Assembly (NCBI RefSeq): GCF_001194135.2
Contig: NC_068992.1
Location: 5,799,547-5,832,546, forward strand
DNA from: Octopus bimaculoides
Lineage: Eukaryota
Length of the DNA: 33,000 nt
Reading direction: 5' to 3'
Positions 23,818 to 33,000 of the stretch are shown piece by piece (the stretch's first letter is position 1; every line of letters begins with the position of its first letter). The notes under the pieces are model-generated. The model worked only from the letters and a program-made list of their open reading frames with translations, did no database searches and was not told the origin of the DNA. The translations under genes and the position numbers were made by a program.

Positions 23818-24619
23818 CTTGTAGCCAAGAGAAGTTGTCTTCCTCCTCTACGTTCGCTCACACAACTATCCAGAAATCTACTAGAAATCCCATACTAAAC
23901 TTACGCAACCCCAGAGCACAAGTGTTTCAAAGAGAACGTCTTATCCAGTAATTCATGACATCATCTGCAACACTTGATATTATTTTCTCACTAATATTCT
24001 AAAGATGGTAACTTATTAATCGAGGTTCCAGTGAATGAGTTATTTCTACAATATATCCGATGAATCCCTTTTTATCCTTCATAGAAAGAACATTGAATGA
24101 CTGAACTGCAGTAATAGTGCGACTAATTTCATTGCACTCACTGATGGTTAATCACTGCCCCTCTCTATAGTGGCAAGCGTTTGATAAAATCAGGGGGCAG
24201 AAAAAAAAAACAATTGAAAAAAACTTTTATCTTCCAACCACCAATATCGTACCAACGAATATAAGCATCGTGTAAGAAATATTCTTGGGAAGAATTCAGT
24301 TATTGCTGATATATTTGCAAAATGCTTATCAACCATAAAATGAAATAAATGTGGATAATTTCCTGCCAGATTAACTAAATGTAACACTTACGAAAATCAA
24401 TGATAGGGCAAATGTTAAATTAAGGACGTCTGGGGGATGTAATTATGCATTACATTAATTTTGTAACTCTGCCTACATCTCAGAATTGAGCACTGGCTGG
24501 AGTAATAATCAGATAATGCTTATCGATAAGTGGATTTGAAATTCACTTATTGTAGTATTATTTGGGGCATTACCTAAACAACCGTTTCAGCTAATATCTA
24601 TAATGAGCCGATGCATTAC

Positions 24620-24670
24620 CGTATTGGTAACTACACATTCTTAAAGATTCACAGAAATAACAAGTAACTA
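24620..24670 (-). CDS. Candidate small exon (VTCYFCESLRMCSYQY)
   Basis: Acceptor tgttcaatttttag, donor G|GTAATG; connection to the chain needs a further weak 35-bp exon at 23905-23939. Confidence 0.2.
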
Positions 24671-25512
24671 CTAAAAATTGAACAGGTGCTTGTGTGTGGG
24701 AATATGAATGTGTGCATATGTGCATGTGTGCGTGTGTGTGCGTGTGTGTGTGTACATGTGTGTTGGTTGGGGTTATATTCATACTATTATAAACCAAAAA
24801 AGATCTCGGTGCTACGTTGACTCAAATTGTAAGATGCAACTATAATTCACAAACCATTTTCTTTTGTCTCCTTCATTCATCAATTTCCTCTTAATAACAA
24901 ACCTTTGCATATATGCCAACATTTGTGTTGATATTTCAGGTGTTAAATATGTTTATTATTCAGAAAATCTTCCACCTCGAGAAAAGAAAAGCCTTGTTGA
25001 AGAGAACCACTTCTTCACATTGGAGGCATTATTAATAAATTTGTAGGCGTGTTGCTCATGTTTAGTAATGCATATCAACTTGCCAAGCGTGAAAAACCTC
25101 GCTCACACCTCAAATACTCAAAAATATATATCGCATACATGAACACGTATGACGCTGTACTTCGACACAGTACATGCATGATTATTGCTCTATCTCTGGC
25201 AACTCCATTTGGAAACAAAGCAATTCTCTTCCTTCAACATTTTGTCGCATTAAATACAACCTTCTCACTGACGCGGTAGAATTAAAACACATTTGTGAAA
25301 TTCCTTAACAGTAACCACATCTCAACTGATTGTAAACATTCTAAGAGAAGTTAACAGCTTTTGTGCTTATTTCAATGGCTAGTACCTATATACAAACCGC
25401 TGATACATACATACATACATACATGCATACATACATACATACATAATTTAGGGTATGTTATACTCTCGATGATATCTGGTGTAGTGGTAGGATTAACGTT
25501 GATTTCAAATAG

Positions 25513-25695
25513 TGATACAAGCTAGTAATTTTTGAGAAAGGGGCAAATCGTTTACAGCGATCTCAGCTCCCAACTGGTCTTTTGAATTGATTGAGAAAGG
25601 ATGAAAATCAGGGTGGTGGGGTGACATCAGAACTCAATGACGGACAATATGCTGCGAAGCATTTTGCTCGGAATCATGCCAGCTGACCACTTTCG
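25513..25695 (-). mobile_element. Diverged SINE family 2 copy
   Basis: Reverse complement GGTCAGCTGGCATGATTCCGAGCAAAATGCTTCGCAGCATATTGTCCGTC...TTTTCATCCTTTC...ACCAGTTGGGAGCTGAGATCG...CAAAAATTACTAGCTTGT is colinear with the 13177 copy. Confidence 0.7.
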
Positions 25696-26670
25696 TAGTA
25701 GTAGTATTAATGTTAATAGCGACCGAAAGAAATAGTAACAAGCAGAATCAAACGTAAGATTGCTCCGCATTTGCCTGATGTTTAAAATGAATTAGCTGCG
25801 TGTGTGGTATGTTGTTTAGAACCACGCTTTGTAATTGTTTTTGATATGAGATATAAGGATATGTCTACATGTGACTTATTTTGTTGCATGTAATGTATTC
25901 TGAAATTTTATTTGTGTGTGCGTTGTAGAATTGATGGTAATCAATGCTGGAAATCAATTTGTACGTGCAACTACAATTGAATTAACAAAGCCACTACTGA
26001 GGCTTTGAAGTAACGTTCAATGCATGAAAAGCGACAAATAAATTTGTAAGGATATCTGAAAAGAATGATTGCATGTAATAATGAAAGATCACCATTACTT
26101 TCCAGAGTAAAGTACAAAGTAAAACTGAGCATAATCTGCTTCTAGCTAGTCAGTGAACAAGTTAGAAATAAGGCAAGATCTCTCTGAAAATAGATTCTAC
26201 CATTTATGCTAAAGGGAAAAGTCACAACGGAATAACGAAATTGTACTAAGAGGAAGCGTTAAACAAAGTATTAATCTCGTTGTGCCGTTTCATTTAAGAT
26301 TTTTCAGAACTTATTGGATCCGGTCACTTTTGAACGTTTGTGACTGATAGAAACTGAAGAAGTGTATTTCTCCTTTAATAAATTTATTCATCAATGCATC
26401 ATGTGTTGTTGATAATGAATTTAGTGCATTTCTTTTGCAACTTCAAAGTTCATCCCCGTATACCTGGGCTCTCTTCGACGCAAAATTGAGTTTGAGTAGT
26501 ATCATTTGGGATGAGTGACTGTGTCCCTTTAAAAGTACTTTAGAATACGTAGATCCCTATATCTAATAATTTCCTCTCCCATTCTCTTTCTCGCTATATA
26601 CAGATATTCTGATACATCAATATAAATATAATGTATGTATGTATGTATGTATGTATGCATGTACATACAT

Positions 26671-26866
26671 GTGTGGCGTATGGCAAGAAGTGTGCTTCCA
26701 AACCACATTGTTCTCGTGTTGGTCTGTTTATGATCTAGCAACTTAGAGGTTCAGCTCAATTGACCGATAGAATAAATACGAAGCTTTAAAAGAAAATAGT
26801 ACTGAGGTTGATGTCTTCCACTAAAATTCTTCACAGCAATGTCCCAACATGACAACTGTCTGAACC
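26671..26866 (+). mobile_element. Diverged, internally deleted SINE family 1 copy
   Basis: Head TGGCAAGAAGTGTGCTTCCAAACCACATTG and 3' part AACTTAGAGGTTC...GACCGATAGAATAAATAC...GCTTTAAAAGAA match 1780-1810 and 2195-2250; the middle is missing. Confidence 0.7.
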
Positions 26867-27180
26867 ATTAAAATATACTTTTTATTCACTGAAATTATTA
26901 TTGTATGATGCAATCTCCGAAACGGTCGTATTCCTAATGATAAGTGGTTAAATAACTGTATTCACCTCTCATACCCCTTGACATATCATGGTTTGTATAC
27001 GGCTCACGATATCAGTTCATCGAATGGACATCCTTAATTTCAGCAACAGGGATCGTGGTATAATACTCCTCTGTATTGGAAAATTTTGTGCTGTGATAGC
27101 CAGGTCCACTACAGGAGCTTTCTGTGATAGCCACGTTATTCTATAGATCCGTTTATTGCTCTCTTTTTCTCTCTCTTTCT

Positions 27181-27222
<42 letters not shown>

Positions 27223-27459
27223 GTACGCAATGGCACACACAAACACACGAACGCACTTACATACTAACACTCACATACAGGCACACGCTTAATGTATCGC
27301 ATTTTTGTAAATATTGAAACAAACAAAACCGTTCTTTGTTTGATTTCTTCTGCTCATTCAAACCGTGAAATGTCTTCCACCAACTCACCACAATTTTACA
27401 CGTTTCACAAATAGTTATATATTTACTTAAATCCACTTCTTTATATTCATTCCTTCATT

Positions 27460-27652
27460 TATTTCCCTCCTTATTGCTCTCTTTCTTTCTCACTGGCTCT
27501 CACACTACTCTCTCTTTATTTTTTCTCCACATTCTTTCACGTGTCCACCATTTTAGCTGTTTTGTTTTTAACTGTTCCTCTCAAAATATAAATATGAATT
27601 TATGTGCATTTCTCCATTGTTCTTTCTTTTTACCTTTCCCTCTCTCTCTCTC

Positions 27653-27696
<44 letters not shown>

Positions 27697-28110
27697 CCTT
27701 TCTCTTGCTCTTTTCCTTTGCTTTCTATTTCATTGAGTCTGCACATTTCTCTTCTATTTCCTCGTAACCATATTCTTCGTACTTATTTGCTCCGCATTTC
27801 TTGTACATTTTGAGTCCCCCTCTCTATCTCAGTCAAACTCTTTCTCTCTCTCTCCTTTCTCTTTCATGTCTCTCCTTTCTTTCTTTCTTTCTTTCTCCCC
27901 CCTCTCTCTCTGTTTCTCATAACTCTCCATTTATTTCCACATCTCTCTCTAGCTCTTTATCTTTTGAACTTGAATTTTCTTATTTCTTCCTTTCTTAATG
28001 TCATCTATTTATTCTCCCTCTATTTTTCCTTTCCTTATCGTTCTCTCTCCCCCTTTCTCTATCTCTCTTTATTTCATTCATCTCAATATCTCTCTTTTTT
28101 TTTTTCATTC
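27460..28110 (+). repeat. Long pyrimidine-rich low-complexity tract including (CT)n at about 27638-27692
   Basis: Read directly; strong C/T strand skew. Confidence 0.9.
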
Positions 28111-28907
28111 ATCAGTTAGCTCTATTCAATAGTTTATAAATGAAATCTACCACTAACTGTAATTGTTGTACATTTACCTTTCAGTAACAAGAAGAATTTA
28201 AATTCCCAGATACCAGCAGATATTGCGTTCGATGTGCTTGTTTTTGTTTTTGTTTTTTTTTAATATTTCTCATATTTGTTTTTTTCATATCGAGATAACT
28301 GGTAATATTTATTTTTACATTAAATAATATAAAATACAATATAAAAATAGCTTAATAAATTAAAGATATATTGTGTGTTGTTCGTTGTTGTCGTTGTTAT
28401 TCTGTATATACACCCTCCAACTCCCCGTTTTGCCACTCGCTTAACTATCCCACTCCGTCTTCCCTGTTATTCTAAAAAAGATGTCCGTATATATTGAAGG
28501 AGACAATACATTCCTGCTCAATTGGAGATGGCTGCGCTGTACAATTATGTTTGCCAATGAATATAACAGGAGGGAAAACTTGACAGAAAATATAAATGCT
28601 AACATTTCTCTTTTTCGTATTTTCAAATAATTTCACATTATTGATTTCTTCAAGAATAAAGGCATGCCTGGAGAGACTCAAACTGAAATCTTACCTCGCT
28701 TTTATTCCTTTTCTTCTTCTCATTTAACAAACAACATTTTTCTCTTTCTTTCCTATGTTTGTTTTGTTTTTACAATTTCATTTCAACTAGATATTTAAGG
28801 CTTTCAAAACAAAATATAATTTTCTGTCTAATAAGTTTTCTTAAGTAGAACGTTTCTTAGATTCTATTACAACTTCAAGCTTGGAAATATATTCTTACAT
28901 TTGATTT

Positions 28908-28936
28908 TGTTGTTGTTGCTATTGTTGTTGTTGTTT

Positions 28937-28968
<32 letters not shown>
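28908..28968. repeat. (TTG)n microsatellite
   Basis: Read directly. Confidence 0.95.
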
Positions 28969-30469
28969 AAAGTTTCTATTTTATTTCTTATTTTCATAAG
29001 GAATATTGGATTTGGATATGGATTTCTAGTATTGCAAAAGACGGTGGTTTTATTTCAGTATGCATTGATAAAACACAGGAGAAAAAGAAGACAAAATGGA
29101 CTATTGGTTTTAAAATAAAATTGTATGCAACATTCAAAAGCATTCGTTATTTTTAAGTGCATAAATCATCGCTGATTTGTTCAGAGTCCATCACAGAGTA
29201 ATTTGTAAACGTAACTGATGTTTAATTTTTTCGAATGTCAGAATTTGAAAACGTATTTAACCCATTTCGCCATCTATTAGATAGTGTAGTTTAACACATA
29301 ATAGTAAGTATAAAAGAGAATAGCTTATATCTTATGAAAGTAGCTTCTAAATAAATTGTAATGAAATAGAGTGCTGTTGCGGCTACAAGGAATGCCACTT
29401 GTCAAAAAATAGCAAAATAAATTCTTCCAAACAATATATAGCTGAAGGTAAGTAATAATAACAGATATAAAATACCACATATAAATATCTATCTCTCTCG
29501 TTCTGTCTCTTTTTCTTTCTTTCTCTCTCACTCTCGCTGCATACATATGTGTCTGTGTGTATGTCTGCGTGTGTGTGTGTGTGTGTGTGTATAAATCCAA
29601 TAATTTGGATAGCCCTGTGTGGTTCTTAAGGACCAACTCCATGGAATATAAAACAAGAGTGATGTCGAAGAAAACCCCATATGGTAATTGATCTGAATAA
29701 TGCAAACTAAGCTAAGCTGAAAGATTTCATATTCATTTTTATATCTATGACTCCCACCGGTCCCCTGAAGTACAGAGCAGAAATTTCAGCAAATGTAAAC
29801 ATATGGACAAGTTACTTTAGTAGAATTGCAGAATACTACCCTCGCAGACATCGGAAACCGTTTGGCTGATTCTATAGCAACTAACTTTATGGCTTTATAG
29901 TGAAAGAGGATTCACTCAAATCCATTCCCATCACTATATTTGGAAGAGAATATTAGCACCTTCAGAAATGCATCACCAGATGATTACACAGAGTGCATCT
30001 ATAACATATCTAAAGGCGTTCGTACCTAGGTCTGCTCATTGATGGCGAATAAAGAAATGGAAATATATGACGAAATATTTTCTAAAATGTGCTGGCGATG
30101 GTCATATTTGGAACGATCTCTTTTATCCTATGCAGTAGTCGCTAAAAGACAACGGTAAATTATCGGCCTAAAAACAACTCATTAATCCCGCTTAAATCAC
30201 TCGTTACCGTTGATGAAAAGGACATGCCGTACTTGAAGGGCCATTCAATCTCAGTTAAATGAACAAGAAAACAACGGGAATGAATAATGGCAATATATAG
30301 GTGAAAAACCTACGATGCATCGCAGTGCATCTCCGGAAATACAAATAGAAATAAATGTAGCAATTGAAAGCAAAAAAATCTTTAATATCATTTTTCTCTT
30401 TTAAATTCATTTGCATAATTTACAGAACCCTAATTATATATGAATTGTATGTGCATGCATATGTGTACG

Positions 30470-30504
30470 TGACACGCAAATTCGTGAAGCGTTCCATATT
30501 TTTT
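30470..30504 (+). pseudogene. U6: U6 snRNA 3'-terminal fragment (retrocopy)
   Basis: TGACACGCAAATTCGTGAAGCGTTCCATATTTTTT is identical to the conserved 3' end of metazoan U6 snRNA including the oligo-U tail; the 5' two-thirds of U6 is absent. Confidence 0.9.
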
Positions 30505-30507
30505 ACA

Positions 30508-30558
30508 CGGTGGTGCATCAGCATGGCCGCAGCTCCGAGCTGAAACTTTGAAATGAAA
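30508..30558 (+). mobile_element. Retroposon 3' tail joined to the U6 fragment
   Basis: CGGTGGTGCATCAGCATGGCCGCAGCTCCGAGCTGAAAC shares GTGC..AGCATGGCCGCAG with the SINE tail at 2283-2304 and ends in short GAAAT-type repeats. Confidence 0.75.
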
Positions 30559-30559
30559 T

Positions 30560-30633
30560 ATGTATGCATGTCTGTATGTATGTGTATGTATGCACACATA
30601 CACAGATATATTCATACAAGCTTACATATATTC

Positions 30634-30667
<34 letters not shown>

Positions 30668-30720
30668 GTATAAATATACTCGCACACGCATATATTTGTA
30701 TATATATATATAGGTATACA
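30560..30720. repeat. (TA)n/(TATG)n tract
   Basis: Read directly; boundaries approximate. Confidence 0.9.
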
Positions 30721-31692
30721 CGAACATCCAAATTACACAGGAATCTGGAAAGTGTGACTGAAGTTGGAGGTGGAAGTAACAAATACAAAATGAAAGGCAA
30801 ATAGAGCGAAATAATATTGAAAGTTGCATTAGAAGACGAACTTCATTGAATAAGTCAGAATCTCAAAACATTTTTATATTCAACGATGAAGTTGGGAAAA
30901 TTGATTTTGGAAGTGAAATACAATTTGTCTTCCATCAGATATTAATGAAAGTGGTATTAAATACTGGCTATTTAATGGTAAAAGTATAAATAAAAACGAT
31001 TTCATTAAAGAAATTTAATTATAAAGTAATCAGAAAGTCTTGGAAATTGTTCATATTTGTTGCGGTGGTAAACTATAATCAGTTAATATAACAAAATAAT
31101 AATAATAATAATAATAATCATATGCTTTAAAAGTTACAGATGTTTCCAAGAGTAACAATAAATATATTAAAGTGTGTGTGTGTGTCTGTGTGTGTATGCA
31201 CATACATATATAGATAATTAGAACAACAGGAACATTCTCTCATAGTTGCATGATGATGTGTATGTATATGTGTATGTGTGTTTGTACATGTGATTGTGTT
31301 TGAGCGTGAGCGCAAAACACAAAGAGAAATATATATTTAACGTCGTGACATATACACAAATAAAAGTCTGCAAATATTTTGTGGAGCATACGAAAGTACG
31401 CATTTATCAGTGTTTGGGAAATTGTTTTCCATCTCTTAAATATATGTTCATATAAGCAAAGAACATATATGTACATACATGCGCACACAAGCACGCACAC
31501 ACGCACACACATATGTGTATATATGTGTGGGTGTGGGGAGGGTTTGTGTGTGTATGTCTGTGTCTGTGTGTGTGTTTGTGTATTTATATATGGCGAGAAA
31601 TGATGAGAATACGTAGGTGTGCATATAAATTAGATACAATTTATTAATTATATTATGCAAAATACAAGTAAGTATATATGTATGTGTGTATC

Positions 31693-31723
<31 letters not shown>

Positions 31724-32313
31724 TTGTGTGTGTACCTATGTGTAGAGAGAAAGAGGGACGGAGATAGTTAGATACGTAGATAGATATATTGTATGCATGT
31801 ATGTATGTATTATCTATGTATGCGTGTGCGTGCGTATTTCTCTCTTCGTACAAAAGAAAATTATACAAGTTAATTTCGTGCCTCATATGACTGTTCCGAT
31901 TTTTCACATCTGACATTTCAGCTATTAAAAGGATGCAAAATATAAGACATATTCAAAATACAAGCAAGTCTGTAAACAGTGCCATTCTTATTGCAAGAGA
32001 AACAAATATACGGATGGTCTTTAATTAATAGATTGCAACAGACTTTGAGTCATTAAGAATAGATACTAACATACAAGTATGTTCATCACTCAAACTCCGA
32101 AGTATAAAATGCTCAGCCCCTCATCAGCACATTGTTAATAACAGTACAATGGACAATAAATCATGATAACAGCAAAACAAAGTGTTTAAATGTAATAGGC
32201 CATAGGTGATAAATATGCAGGGTGGGTAGAAATTGCTTGTAGAATTTTTAGACAAACAACTCTAATGGGATTTTTTTTTTCATTTTCTTATTGTCTTATT
32301 TCTTATCTTCCAG

Positions 32314-32560
32314 ATGGTCGGCCTTTTGCGTGTTTAGGGGTTAGCTAAGATCGAATCACGTTATGAAGTGTGGAATTCCGTTGTTTTCGTTCAGAGATGG
32401 TGGCTTGCATGGAAAAGTAAGCATGCAACACTACGTATGGAAGCAATAAAAAGTCACCAAGGGATCTGTGAACGAAACAAGATGTGGCCGTCCAACCACA
32501 TCCTGATCAGCAGGAAAATTTTAATCACAGTCCGCAAAATCAATACTCCAATCTGATCCA
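32314..32560 (+). mobile_element. Degenerate Tc1/mariner transposase N-terminal (DNA-binding) remnant
   Basis: Frameshifted pieces SVVFVQRWW..., then GSVNETRCGRPTTS (32462-32503; the GSV.D..R.GRP linker typical of Tc1/mariner), then HSPQ; possible 5' TIR start CAGGGTGGG at 32218. Confidence 0.6.
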
Positions 32561-33000
32561 TCAATACATGTAGCATCAGTGTTATTTGAAGCCCAGTGAT
32601 TGAGTTTCGGGGATATATAACGCTTTTGAAATGGAGTAAAGTGATTTGTCTATTACCAACTATATCAAATTAGTAGTTTACAGAAAACTGGATCGGAAGT
32701 CGGATCTGATATGTTTGCAACGAAGTAAAGGAAACCATTTTGTCCGACACTCTAAATATTCAGAAAATACAAGCTTTCTCCTATTATTTACGCTTTTCAC
32801 ATGTTTTTTTTTTTTTAGTTTAGTCAGTACATTGTAACTATAAAATGTCGGGAATTTCAAATATACAAAGGGCGTACGTATAATCTGAATTTTAAAAATG
32901 CCTGCCTTTCTGTACTTCCGCCATCCAATCCTTGTTTCATTGTGAAACTGATAACAAATCAACTTGAGAATGTATTCTTCCAGAAGAGAGGGTATCTAGT

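Noticed and set aside
30430-30615. ORF-track peptide ...KKYGTLHEFACHVHICM...
   Set aside because: It is the antisense translation of the U6 fragment plus microsatellite, not a protein.

Overview
AT-rich eukaryotic genomic DNA from a draft assembly with three N gaps, dense in (TA)n/(TG)n/(TTA)n microsatellites. The repeat content resembles a cephalopod (Octopus-like) genome; this is inference from the SINE types and repeat style. No prokaryotic features are present (no operons, CRISPR, rRNA or tRNA genes), and almost all ORFs in the supplied track are microsatellite artefacts. Supported content: (1) a tentative, hand-built, phase-consistent multi-exon gene on the minus strand (about 21.3 kb or further 5', down to about 0.3 kb) whose product I cannot name; (2) two tRNA-type SINE families in several copies, one copy with a 14-bp target-site duplication; (3) a 179-bp MITE with 29-bp terminal inverted repeats and TA flanks; (4) a decayed 3' fragment of a CRE-clade non-LTR retrotransposon (REL-endonuclease region); (5) a Tc1/mariner transposase remnant; and (6) an exact U6 snRNA 3' end joined to a retroposon 3' tail, i.e. 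a probable U6-retroelement chimera. Item 6 is the most interesting signal.
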